Part shown: positions 28,103-37,215 of the stretch, piece by piece
Numbering within the stretch: the stretch's first letter is position 1
Layout of the letters: each line of letters begins with the position of its first letter
IMG/VR virus record: IMGVR_UViG_3300028115_000004
Span: 32,001-96,000 of that record
DNA from: a virus
DNA length: 64,000 bases
Reading direction: 5' to 3' (one strand)
The notes under the pieces: generated by a model
The model's database searches: none
Told to the model about the DNA's origin: nothing
What the model saw: only the letters and a program-made list of their open reading frames with translations
Made by a program: the position numbers and the translations under genes

Positions 28103-28275
28103 TGTATAGGTGCAATGTAGTTGAGGATAGTGATGGTCATCAATGTCTGGAATTTACAGACGAATTGATGGACGCACTTGATTTGAAAGTGGGTGATGAA
28201 ATTATCTGGGAAGAGAATCACATCACAGGTGAATGGTCGTTTAGAAAAAAGGTAGTTGCAGATAGTCTGAGATAG
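28099..28275 (+). CDS. AbrB/MazE-like small DNA-binding protein
   Basis: LEFTDELMDALDLKVGDEIIW swapped-hairpin pattern. Confidence 0.55.
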   Translation: MMYRCNVVEDSDGHQCLEFTDELMDALDLKVGDEIIWEENHITGEWSFRKKVVADSLR

Positions 28276-28296
28276 CGAGACTGCGGGAGGAAATGA

Positions 28297-28965
28297 ATGG
28301 AAGTAACGATTCGAAATAAAGACTTCCTTGCGACACTTGATGCTTTCAAGGATCAGATGTTTGCGGTAGAAGGTTACAACGATCCTAAGTATCATGTATA
28401 CAGTGAACCCGATGATAAACATCGTGGTAGGTACTACACCAGTGAACACTACCTTCGCAATATCTCTCTGAACGCAAAGGAACCTGTTGGCCCTCCGGAT
28501 CGACACTTCGCACAACCCATTGCAAAGATGGTACGTGAAGACCCTGAGAAGTGGAGTGCATACATGCAGTTGGTGAAGTATGACTTTGCCTCTGAGATTG
28601 GTGCACACACGTCTGCATTGTTGTCCTACTATCCGCCTGGCGGGTTTGTGGGATGGCATACCAACTGGGATGCGTCTGCGTATCAGGTGTTATTCACTTG
28701 GTCTACGGGTGATGGTTACTTCTCTTATTATGATAAAGAGAAAGACGAAGTGATCACAATTCAGGACGTGCCAGGATGGCAGTGTAGACACTACTACTTT
28801 GGGCCGAAGGAAGAACCTGAGAACCTGTGTTGGCACGGTGCGTATGCGGGAGGGGAACGTATTACCCTTGCATATAAATTCTGTGGTTATGGTAGGAACG
28901 ATCCTCGTGATGAGAAAGCGAGGCAGTTACGTGATTTATTAATTGAGGAGATTGAAAATGATTGA
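28297..28965 (+). CDS. DSBH / 2OG-Fe(II) oxygenase-like protein (HxN variant), paralog of 1207..1857
   Basis: YYPPGGFVGWHTNWDASAYQVLFTWS.GDGYF.YYD...WHGAY...RITLAY. Confidence 0.55.
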   Translation: MEVTIRNKDFLATLDAFKDQMFAVEGYNDPKYHVYSEPDDKHRGRYYTSEHYLRNISLNAKEPVGPPDRHFAQPIAKMVREDPEKWSAYMQLVKYDFASEIGAHTSALLSYYPPGGFVGWHTNWDASAYQVLFTWSTGDGYFSYYDKEKDEVITIQDVPGWQCRHYYFGPKEEPENLCWHGAYAGGERITLAYKFCGYGRNDPRDEKARQLRDLLIEEIEND

Positions 28966-29197
28966 TGACGAAAAGAAGAAACTTCAGAGTGCAATTAAAG
29001 AGATGTCTATGTCCATGACTCGTGTGGACGCAGAGAAAGACCTTCAGAAGGATATCATCCAGAGTGCGTTTGATGATACTGGGGTAGACAAGAAGTACAT
29101 TCGCAAGTTGGCGATGATCTACCATAAACAGAGTCTCACCGACTTTCAGACTGAGACCGAAGAAGTACAGAACCTATACGAGGACTTGTTTCTGTAA
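28958..29197 (+). CDS. dsbA: dsDNA-binding protein, T4 DsbA-like
   Basis: I.E.S.SMTR..AEKD..KDI........V.KKYIRKLA.IYHKQ. Confidence 0.7.
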   Translation: MIDDEKKKLQSAIKEMSMSMTRVDAEKDLQKDIIQSAFDDTGVDKKYIRKLAMIYHKQSLTDFQTETEEVQNLYEDLFL

Positions 29198-30648
29198 TGA
29201 TTATTGATAGATACATGATCCAAAATAGGGAAGACTTGTTCCTTAAGAACTTGATGAACCCTATGTTTGGTGATCCCAAACCCTACAACAAACAAGACTT
29301 CTGGAAGCTCATTGATCACTGGAAGGCCTATCTTTCGAATGAGTATGGTCTTCGTAAGGGAAACGTGGTGGGATGGGGTGTCGCAAAGAACAACGTCAAC
29401 TGTCATGCAATCCTGTTTGCAATTGCAGAACTTGGTGCACAGATTTTTCCTGCACACCTTGCATGGCATCCAGAGGCGGAAACCGACACTGTATCTACAA
29501 CCCTACGTCCTGAGTTTGGATTCTGGGATAACGTCACCCTGAATATGTTAGAGGGTGCACAGGGCAAGTTCTACGGAAAGTACCTTGATTATGAGATGAT
29601 CAACATCGATGAGGTTGACATTGTAAACTATAATGAAGAGATGGCCAATGTGACTCCCGATGTGTTTCCAGAAGACCCATTCTTCATTACCTACTCAGAT
29701 GGTTTATGCGAAGATGGATTTGAATTCCAGTATTACACACACCAAGAGACATGGGGTTTAGCGCACCGCCACTATAAACTGTTCAATATGAAGGACACGA
29801 TTGGTGTACATACGTTTAACTTCATGCACTGCATGTCCTTCATTACATACTCTCTTGCTGCTTACATGGGTTGTAAGGAACACTATGTCCTGAACTGGTG
29901 GGACAGGGTTGACCAGTGGAAGCCTGCCATGTTGAAGATGCTTCAAGAGGTATACAACAGACCAGAACGTAAAGTTATCTTCTTCAAGAATGAAGAGACT
30001 CTACGTCACAGTTTGTCAGTGATCGACGATACGGGTAAAGAGACGACTCGTTTCATTTGTCCTTACGGAGAATCTACGCAGTCTTTACATGATATTTGTC
30101 ATGACTTTAATATTCGTGCTACCGTCCTATACGGAGAAACCCGTGCGAAGGCACTGACTCTTTTTGTTAAACCAATTAATCCTGACTCAAAGTTCATTGA
30201 GGATTCGATTGGATTTGTGCCAGACAACTACTACGAGTGCGTGTATAGTCCGCAGAAGGGCGTTATGTTTGTGCGTGGGTATCATGACTCAGTATACCGA
30301 TCTTTCTCGTTTAGTGTAGAGAAGATGGAGACGGGTGAGTACATACATAAAGGCCTGCTCGAGAAACACCCCCATCAAAAACGTGTGGAGGAAATTCTAG
30401 GACACAGTGACTTCTTCTTACTGCGTAAGTATGGTGAGAGTTACCTTGCGGTCTATGAAGAACCTAAACCCGAACAGTATGAACTACTTGATATTTTGGG
30501 CTTGACACACATTGCAGTAATTGATAGAATGGCATACTGTTTGGAGAACAAACGTTATAGGGACTGGTTCGCATTGAAGAACCAGTTTTGGTATGGATTT
30601 GATTCTTATGAAGAAGGTAGAGTGAGGTATTATAATGGCGAAGGATAA
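29197..30648 (+). CDS. degenerate ANL/adenylate-forming-like protein, paralog of 53855..55075
   Basis: IDHWK.YL...KG.VV...HAILFAIAELG, PFFITYSDG...THQE, LYGETR; P-loop degenerate. Confidence 0.5.
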   Translation: MIIDRYMIQNREDLFLKNLMNPMFGDPKPYNKQDFWKLIDHWKAYLSNEYGLRKGNVVGWGVAKNNVNCHAILFAIAELGAQIFPAHLAWHPEAETDTVSTTLRPEFGFWDNVTLNMLEGAQGKFYGKYLDYEMINIDEVDIVNYNEEMANVTPDVFPEDPFFITYSDGLCEDGFEFQYYTHQETWGLAHRHYKLFNMKDTIGVHTFNFMHCMSFITYSLAAYMGCKEHYVLNWWDRVDQWKPAMLKMLQEVYNRPERKVIFFKNEETLRHSLSVIDDTGKETTRFICPYGESTQSLHDICHDFNIRATVLYGETRAKALTLFVKPINPDSKFIEDSIGFVPDNYYECVYSPQKGVMFVRGYHDSVYRSFSFSVEKMETGEYIHKGLLEKHPHQKRVEEILGHSDFFLLRKYGESYLAVYEEPKPEQYELLDILGLTHIAVIDRMAYCLENKRYRDWFALKNQFWYGFDSYEEGRVRYYNGEG

Positions 30649-31180
30649 GAAAAAGACTGGCAGTATTGATGACATTACGCCAGAACAATGGAATGAAATG
30701 AATCGTCTTCATCTTGAAGAGGTGCGAGACTCAAAAGAAAACGACAAAGTTGTGAATATTGAGTATGACACGTGTAACGATATTGGGTTTCCGGAAGACA
30801 CCTTTACTTTAAGTGTGGGTGACATTACGGCTGATTCCATTCCGTTCACACTACACACCGACGATACTGTGAGTTATACAATCAAAGAACCCATCAACTA
30901 CAAGTTCAATGAAGGTGTGTTGATGGCAGAGTTCAAAGATTACATCGATTCGACTTACAGTGGTCACTATGGACAGGGTGGTTTACAGTCCTCTGAGATC
31001 ATCGTAGATCGTGGTCATGGTATGGGTTTCTTCTCTGGCAATGTTGATAAATACAACGGACGTTACGGTAAAAAAGGAGAAACGCCTGCAGACTATAGGA
31101 AGGACATTTTGAAGATCATTCATTATGGTTTCCTGATGCTGTACGAGCACGATAGAATTCATGGGAATACTACTGACTAA
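30635..31180 (+). CDS. DUF3310-like / putative nucleotide kinase domain protein
   Basis: YID.TY..HY...Q..E.I...G.G.GF..GNV.KY..RYGKK.....DI.KIIHY. Confidence 0.65.
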   Translation: MAKDKKKTGSIDDITPEQWNEMNRLHLEEVRDSKENDKVVNIEYDTCNDIGFPEDTFTLSVGDITADSIPFTLHTDDTVSYTIKEPINYKFNEGVLMAEFKDYIDSTYSGHYGQGGLQSSEIIVDRGHGMGFFSGNVDKYNGRYGKKGETPADYRKDILKIIHYGFLMLYEHDRIHGNTTD

Positions 31181-31991
31181 TGGTGACAGTTTTACGTATG
31201 GGGATGAACTGCCGGGTTCTCGGACTTATGGAGAGGACGGTGAAACGGCTCTCTTCGACTTAAATACACATCACCCCAAAACTTACACGTATAAACTAGC
31301 CAATCATCTTGGTGTTAACCACGTAAATTTGGCACATAACGGTTCTTCTAATCAAAAAATTTTTAGAAGAACCACCGCTTTCCTGCAGAGAACTACCAAG
31401 AAAGTAGACTACATGGTAATCATGTGGTCTTCTTGGGGTAGGTTGGAAGTTTTCTCGCCCATTACCTATAAGAAAGATAATGAAATGTTCATTCAGGAAG
31501 AGTGTAATATGAATCAACTTATTCCGGATCACCATGATCGTGAACTCGGGTTTAATCTAAAAAACTGGCCTGAAGGTGGTGAGGTTGGTCAAGCGGTAGT
31601 AGATTGGTACACCAAAGTTTATACCATGTCGACTCCGATTCTACATCATCTCAACTACATGTGTACTCTTCAACAGATCGCAGATTTAAAGGGTATCAAA
31701 ATCATACAAACCGGAATTCATCATGGAAACTGGCAGAATGTGTTGAGTTGTATGAATAGAGCTAAGAATGATGATCGTTTCAAACCTTGGTTGGCAGAGA
31801 TAGAATCTTGTTTTAGATACCTAAGACCGGAATGTAAGATAGGTTTTGGTGATAGACTAGATATGACATCTATTGCAGAGAGTCCAGATCACGAGGAATT
31901 TTTCATCTATCCCATGGGACATCCCTGCGAAGGAACACACACTTGGTATGCAGAGATGCTTTACAACGTATTTAAAGAGATGGAAGAATAA
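31161..31991 (+). CDS. SGNH/GDSL hydrolase-like protein
   Basis: GDSFTYGDEL, NLA..GSSN..I.R, WSSW.R.E, C-terminal GHP...H. Confidence 0.7.
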   Translation: MGILLTNGDSFTYGDELPGSRTYGEDGETALFDLNTHHPKTYTYKLANHLGVNHVNLAHNGSSNQKIFRRTTAFLQRTTKKVDYMVIMWSSWGRLEVFSPITYKKDNEMFIQEECNMNQLIPDHHDRELGFNLKNWPEGGEVGQAVVDWYTKVYTMSTPILHHLNYMCTLQQIADLKGIKIIQTGIHHGNWQNVLSCMNRAKNDDRFKPWLAEIESCFRYLRPECKIGFGDRLDMTSIAESPDHEEFFIYPMGHPCEGTHTWYAEMLYNVFKEMEE

Positions 31992-32782
31992 TGTTATTGA
32001 CCTGTGGTTGCAGTTTTGTTTGGGGAGATGAACTGGAAGGTTGTTACGATGACCCGCCAAATCATTGGAGACATACCTTTACCAGTCTCCTAGCTAAACG
32101 CTTGAGGGTGGATTATATCAATCTGGCCGCCTGTGGAAACGGAAACGATAAAATCTTTCGGGACGTTATGACCTATCTCACCGATCCGAATAGACGACAA
32201 CCAACACACATGGTGATTCTCTGGTCTAGTTGGCAAAGAACTGAAATGGCCGAACCCGACAATTCTCATCATGCGGGGAGAAATATCCAAAGGTTCGACT
32301 CAACATCACAGTTCTCACCTGAGAGAATCCACAACATACTTCCAAAGAAATGGGGTGCAGCTCACGCATGGTTTGATAGGGCATATGATGTCAGAACCGA
32401 TATCTTGAGACAACTTCCTCTCATGATTGCCATGCAAGAAATCTGTGACCTACGAGGAATCAAATTGATTCAAGGGGCATTCCACGATAGAATGATGGAT
32501 AACATTATGTGGTCACTTAAGGGTGGTGATAGTGGTGATTTTGCGGCGTGGAATAAAAAGTTCGGTGATCTGTTTGGTAAGTTGCGAAGTGAGAGTAGAG
32601 TTGGTCTTGGTAAATATGAGACACTGAGATCAGTGAGCGAGAGGTTGAAAGACATCAAACCTAACGCCCACCCTGGCGAAGCCTCCCACAGTGAATATGC
32701 GGGAATGCTTTATGGCATCTTTAACTCTTTTGAGATAATTCGACGATTCGACAAATCTGTTGTTTCTGATCATCAACCTTAA
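31991..32782 (+). CDS. SGNH/GDSL hydrolase-like protein (tandem paralog)
   Basis: GCSFVWGDEL, NLA..GNGN..IFR, WSSWQR.E, AHPGEASH. Confidence 0.7.
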   Translation: MLLTCGCSFVWGDELEGCYDDPPNHWRHTFTSLLAKRLRVDYINLAACGNGNDKIFRDVMTYLTDPNRRQPTHMVILWSSWQRTEMAEPDNSHHAGRNIQRFDSTSQFSPERIHNILPKKWGAAHAWFDRAYDVRTDILRQLPLMIAMQEICDLRGIKLIQGAFHDRMMDNIMWSLKGGDSGDFAAWNKKFGDLFGKLRSESRVGLGKYETLRSVSERLKDIKPNAHPGEASHSEYAGMLYGIFNSFEIIRRFDKSVVSDHQP

Positions 32783-32847
32783 CTGAGAGACGACCATCAA
32801 CCCTCATGCTAGTCGTGAGATTCGTAAATTTATAGAGAGGTATATCA

Positions 32848-33147
32848 ATGAGCACGAATAACCCAAACGCAATCTTTGATCTAGAACAACAGATTATGGA
32901 ATGTTGGAATATTATTGAAGATATTGATTTGATAACAACACACTTTGTCGATTCGACTGAATGGGCGGGAGATCATTTTAGTCCTAAGGCCTGTGATGCG
33001 ATGATGAACAAGTACTTTGGTCTTAAAGAACTTTATGCTCTCAAATTCGAAAGGGTGTGGGATACCTTCGAAGACGTATGTAAAGAATACCACAGACGGG
33101 GAATGGAATTGAAGGACTTAGACGCTACTTGTCCCGAACGGATATAG
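32848..33147 (+). CDS. hypothetical protein
   Basis: FDLEQQIMECWNI..DI; GAGG SD. Confidence 0.65.
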   Translation: MSTNNPNAIFDLEQQIMECWNIIEDIDLITTHFVDSTEWAGDHFSPKACDAMMNKYFGLKELYALKFERVWDTFEDVCKEYHRRGMELKDLDATCPERI

Positions 33148-33181
33148 TTTAAAAAACACACACTGTCAAGACAATGACATA

Positions 33182-33224
33182 TATAAATACCCATGAGGTC
33201 AAACAACTTTATGGGTATTTTTTT
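33182..33224 (+). promoter_or_regulatory. late promoter embedded in a 15-bp hairpin with U-tract
   Basis: TATAAATA 33182-33189; stem 33185-33199 / 33206-33220, T-run just before ATG 33225. Confidence 0.7.
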
Positions 33225-33779
33225 ATGCGTTACATAATTAGTTTTTGGATGCTTGCGGTGATATTAGCATCTACGGGGGTTCATGCACAGGAAGAAAATC
33301 CTGTTGAACCAATTGTTACTGAGAGTACGGTAATCACATCGGGGAAGTCTGAGACAACACTAAAGTCGCCCCCTGCGTCTGCCATCTCTCCTACGATCAA
33401 CACGTCTAACTCTGACCTATGTACTTTCGGAGTTGCGGGTGCGGTTCAGACTCAGATACTTGGTATCTCTATGGGATCACAAGTAACCGATGAGAACTGT
33501 GAGAGATTGAAACTGGCCAAGACTACCTTCGATATGGGTATGAAAGTGGCTGCGGTTTCCATCATGTGCCAAGACCCTCGTGTCTTTGACGCAATGATGA
33601 ATGCGGGAACACCGTGTCCCTATGACGGTATGATCGGAATGGAAGCGAAGGCTGCATGGGAGACTAATCCCGAACTGATGCCTGGCGCACCAGAGAAAAA
33701 GGAAGAACTGAGTAATGAGAACAAGACATTACTGGGCGGGGCTGGCGTTGCTACTCTGCTCTTCTTACTCTTACTCTGA
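33225..33779 (+). CDS. exported Cys-containing protein with beta-hairpin and C-terminal hydrophobic anchor (gene 1 of envelope operon)
   Basis: Signal peptide ending VHA-QE; 4 Cys; GVAGAVQTQILGISMG; C-terminal GGAGVATLLFLLLL. Confidence 0.7.
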   Translation: MRYIISFWMLAVILASTGVHAQEENPVEPIVTESTVITSGKSETTLKSPPASAISPTINTSNSDLCTFGVAGAVQTQILGISMGSQVTDENCERLKLAKTTFDMGMKVAAVSIMCQDPRVFDAMMNAGTPCPYDGMIGMEAKAAWETNPELMPGAPEKKEELSNENKTLLGGAGVATLLFLLLL

Positions 33780-34581
33780 GGAAGTCTACCAGTCTTCGCC
33801 TAACGCAGCCAATGCGGGGTTGAATTGGGTGATGACCAATATCCTGCCTCAACAGGCGGGACTGACAGTGAATGGTGTAGTATATCGATACACTGCTGTC
33901 AAGGATGCGGATGCGGACATGTTAGTCCATGTCCAGAACGAAGATGCAATCAATGGGGGTTACATCTTTCGTGAGACAGATGATTGGTCTGGACTGCCTG
34001 GCAATACAATTAATAAACAGGTTCCAGTTGCCAACATACCCATACAGTTTTGGGGTGACGGGTCGATTGAAGTAGAAGGGGAAGGAAGTGTTGAAAACCC
34101 TCTCGTAATCTACAATTATCGATACGACACTTGTTTTGGCGTTACGGATAATCCGGAATGTCCTGGCTACATGCCACCCGTTGCGATGCCTGATTTGACA
34201 GTGACCGATCCTATGGATGAACAATACGTCAAGGATGAGTTGGAGAAGAAGGCAGAGTTAGACGAACAAGACGAAGAAGATCGTCAACGTCGAAGAATGA
34301 TGTCGTCGTCGGAGGAGAAGGAGGACAAGAGACTGGCTGCAATATTGGGGATCGTCGATAACTCATTGTTGGCTGCAGAGAGCATGCAGAAACATGAAGA
34401 ATTGATGGCAATGCAGTACATACCCTCTAGTTACTATGTCGAACTCCCTGACACAAAGTATGAAGAAACGGTTGTTCTGAAGGACGCTGATCTGCCTGAC
34501 AATAGAAAGGCACGTAGACAGAGTGTTTCTCAACAACTCTTACATCAAGAGTTAGTAAATCTACAGTATGAAAAGAAATAA
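33715..34581 (+). CDS. exported protein: beta-rich N-domain, C..C..PGY motif, charged linker (adhesin-like?)
   Basis: Signal peptide ending SYS-EE; YRYDTCF...NPECPGY. Confidence 0.65.
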   Translation: MRTRHYWAGLALLLCSSYSYSEEVYQSSPNAANAGLNWVMTNILPQQAGLTVNGVVYRYTAVKDADADMLVHVQNEDAINGGYIFRETDDWSGLPGNTINKQVPVANIPIQFWGDGSIEVEGEGSVENPLVIYNYRYDTCFGVTDNPECPGYMPPVAMPDLTVTDPMDEQYVKDELEKKAELDEQDEEDRQRRRMMSSSEEKEDKRLAAILGIVDNSLLAAESMQKHEELMAMQYIPSSYYVELPDTKYEETVVLKDADLPDNRKARRQSVSQQLLHQELVNLQYEKK

Positions 34582-34606
34582 CAATTATAAAAACTAGGAG
34601 CAAGAA

Positions 34607-35104
34607 ATGAATAAAGCACTTATCCCTGCGATCATGGGATTAACATTTGCTGCCGCTGTGGCTGCTGAGATTCCGATTACCGGAAACGTAGAGTCTAAGT
34701 GTATCGTTACTACTGACGCCAACGGTGTTTATGGTAACCCTACGCCTAGTCTTCTGAGTACAACACAGGCAAACGGTGGTGTAGAACCTGTGGTTCGTTA
34801 CGATGTAATTCAGGCGGACTACTACAAGGCGTTGATCAGTGTACCAGACGTTTTCACAGAAAGCCCTGCACTGAATGATGTTGTCAACTGGTCTGGTGAC
34901 GTTACGGTTGGAGAAGTATCTGACCCTCTTATGTCTGCATACGACAATGACAAACGTCTATATAACAATATTACGGAGATTGATTTGACCGTTGCGGGAA
35001 GCACATGGTTTAAGATTTCTTCTGAAGCAGATTACGGATACGACAAAGCGTTCCCTGCTGGACAATACCGTTCGGTTGTGACTGCGGAGTGTATCGCAAA
35101 CTAA
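34607..35104 (+). CDS. putative chaperone-usher-type pilin (Csu / spore coat U-like)
   Basis: Signal peptide ending AVA-AE; IPITGNVESKCIV N-terminal strand; C-terminal FPAGQYRSVVTAEC. Confidence 0.55.
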   Translation: MNKALIPAIMGLTFAAAVAAEIPITGNVESKCIVTTDANGVYGNPTPSLLSTTQANGGVEPVVRYDVIQADYYKALISVPDVFTESPALNDVVNWSGDVTVGEVSDPLMSAYDNDKRLYNNITEIDLTVAGSTWFKISSEADYGYDKAFPAGQYRSVVTAECIAN

Positions 35105-35113
35105 GGTGACTCT

Positions 35114-35488
35114 ATGCGTTATATCATGACATTGTTATTTCTTTCCCTGTGTGGGTCAGCAATGGCCCACCAGTGGACACCCACCTATCCGAAGTTAGAA
35201 CCTTCGTATGTGAATGGTGCATTGAAAGCAACAATGACGTTATTCAATAGTAGACAGGATGTTTCCTATTACGAGATCGGTGTATTTGACGCCGATATGA
35301 AACCCGTGAAGTTTGCGACTGCGGAACGAATCGTTCAAGTCGGGTATCTACGAAGAATGAAGATTGATGTCTTCATTCGTGAACAGGACAGAAACGTAGC
35401 TGTATACATCTGTTCGAAATCCAAATTATTGAAGGGTGAGGGTACAGCAACTCTTATCGCTTCTAGAATATGTTCGAAGATAAAATGA
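35114..35488 (+). CDS. putative PapD-like pilus chaperone (single Ig domain)
   Basis: Signal peptide ending AMA-HQ; WTPTYPKL, MTLFN, YYEIGV, two Cys. Confidence 0.5.
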   Translation: MRYIMTLLFLSLCGSAMAHQWTPTYPKLEPSYVNGALKATMTLFNSRQDVSYYEIGVFDADMKPVKFATAERIVQVGYLRRMKIDVFIREQDRNVAVYICSKSKLLKGEGTATLIASRICSKIK

Positions 35489-35961
35489 AACCAAGTAGAT
35501 TTCTGTTATTCATCATTCTGTACTTTTGTGTAGGTTTCTACTGTGGTGCAGTGTATGGACAATCAAGTTCACTGAACCTCGCACTACCGCAATCGCCACA
35601 GAGTTTTCAATCCGACAGGGTAAGAGCAGGAGACCTAGAATGTTCTGCGGCCATTGGATCGTCTACCAACGTGGAGTTTGGTGTGGTGGGTATTCTGAAC
35701 CAGAATGATCCTTGGGATCAATACCGCAACACGATGAACGTCCAACCCATCGACGGTGGGTTTAATGGTCTGACATACAACGACAACTTCATGAGAGACG
35801 TTGGCGTGTATGCGAAGATCACCGTTCCTATTGGTGCACCGAAAGAACGTCTGAACTGTAACGCCCTGTACAAACTAGAATTAGAAAAGAAGAGACTAGA
35901 AGTCATGAAGTTAAAACAAGAATTAAATGCGCTTCGTAACTTACAGTTCGAGGAGAACTAA
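35485..35961 (+). CDS. exported protein with amphipathic beta-strands and C-terminal coiled coil (putative oligomeric outer-membrane component)
   Basis: Signal peptide; C..AIG..TNVEFGVVG, DVGVYAKITVPIG, C..LY.LELEKKRLE coiled coil. Confidence 0.55.
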   Translation: MKPSRFLLFIILYFCVGFYCGAVYGQSSSLNLALPQSPQSFQSDRVRAGDLECSAAIGSSTNVEFGVVGILNQNDPWDQYRNTMNVQPIDGGFNGLTYNDNFMRDVGVYAKITVPIGAPKERLNCNALYKLELEKKRLEVMKLKQELNALRNLQFEEN

Positions 35962-36458
35962 TGTCAGACGAAGATAAGACTACAATCGAATTTGGGGGAA
36001 TGTCATTTACTGGTGGTAAGGCGTTTGCTCTGGTAACCGCACTCTCTACACTCGGTGGTGCCGCTTGGGGTGGTTTTGAAATCTACAAAGACTATATGGA
36101 TATGAAAGAGATTATCCAGAACATAGATACCACAGAGATTGAGAACAGAAACCAACAGATCGAAATCAAGATGGATGAGATGTTGGCGCAAGTGAATCAG
36201 GCCATCGACTACTCACGTAGTATCAAGAATGACCTGAGAGACGACTTCAACCGTATGGAAGCGAATGTAGACCGAATCGAAGATCAGTCCCGTGACCTAG
36301 AAACTGAGGTTGAGGATATGATTGATCGTGCAGATGAACGTTTTGATATGAAGCGTGAATCATTACAGATGGACACTGATAAGAAGATTGAAGCACTGGA
36401 GAAGAGACTGAACGATAAGATTCAGACGTTCCTAGATAATCCTCTTGCCGATGGTTAA
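35961..36458 (+). CDS. single-TM coiled-coil protein
   Basis: TM AFALVTALSTLGGAAWGGF followed by long heptad region; ends LDNPLAD. Confidence 0.7.
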   Translation: MSDEDKTTIEFGGMSFTGGKAFALVTALSTLGGAAWGGFEIYKDYMDMKEIIQNIDTTEIENRNQQIEIKMDEMLAQVNQAIDYSRSIKNDLRDDFNRMEANVDRIEDQSRDLETEVEDMIDRADERFDMKRESLQMDTDKKIEALEKRLNDKIQTFLDNPLADG

Positions 36459-36475
36459 ATTAAGGCTTGACAGAT

Positions 36476-36859
36476 ATGAATTTTCGTGTTATACTAACAG
36501 CTATCTCTGTGGGGATGCTGATTACTGGATGTTCGCTAATCCCATCTCGGTGGGATGACAACGAAGCAGCCGGAGTCACCGATCTCTACAACTCTATTGT
36601 CACTATGGATTGCACTCTTCAACCTGTACTTATAAAACGTATGGTAGAGGATATTGACAAGAAGCACACGTGGGTGTTACACTACACCCAACTCAAAGGT
36701 ACAAAGGACATCGAAAGTCTTCTATTGAAGATGGATGATACTATTGATGGAATGGTCAAGCAGGAAAAGATCAACCCTGCTTATTGTAAAATCAAACAAA
36801 GACTACTCACTGAACAGTCAGAGGCAGTCGCTGCAACTATTATGGGAAGATTCAAATGA
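36476..36859 (+). CDS. lipoprotein
   Basis: Lipobox ITGC. Confidence 0.7.
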   Translation: MNFRVILTAISVGMLITGCSLIPSRWDDNEAAGVTDLYNSIVTMDCTLQPVLIKRMVEDIDKKHTWVLHYTQLKGTKDIESLLLKMDDTIDGMVKQEKINPAYCKIKQRLLTEQSEAVAATIMGRFK

Positions 36860-37101
36860 ACGAACTTGAAGAACTAGAGTCAATTGTCGCTCTTGAAGAT
36901 GAGGATTGGGAAGCATCCCGTCTTGCAGAAGTATTCATCGATATGGTCAAGTCCCGTGAAGCCGGTGAATTGACCGAAGCGGAGTTCACGGAACTCGTGG
37001 GTGACATGCGTCAGACTGAACTCATGTATGATGAGTCTGAGATGACCATTGCCAGACAACGGTTAGTAAAAGTTGCCGAAACCCTCGCAAAATTTAGCTA
37101 A
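36856..37101 (+). CDS. acidic hypothetical protein
   Basis: ATGA overlap with the lipoprotein gene. Confidence 0.6.
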   Translation: MNELEELESIVALEDEDWEASRLAEVFIDMVKSREAGELTEAEFTELVGDMRQTELMYDESEMTIARQRLVKVAETLAKFS

Positions 37102-37159
37102 AAAAACTTAAAATAATTTCAAAAAACGCTTGACAAACTTGTTTCGACTATGAGATAAT
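37099..37159 (+). promoter_or_regulatory. early promoter with A-tract UP element
   Basis: AAAAAACGC-TTGACA-N18-GATAAT. Confidence 0.75.
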
Positions 37160-37215
37160 ACGTATGTTGTCTGGGGAGAGGTTCCCCAAACGCCTTAACT
37201 ACGGAGAAATATATT

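Noticed and set aside
33141-33169. Second antisense sigma70 promoter
   Set aside because: Minus-strand TTGACA is present, but the -10 (TATATC) is poor.
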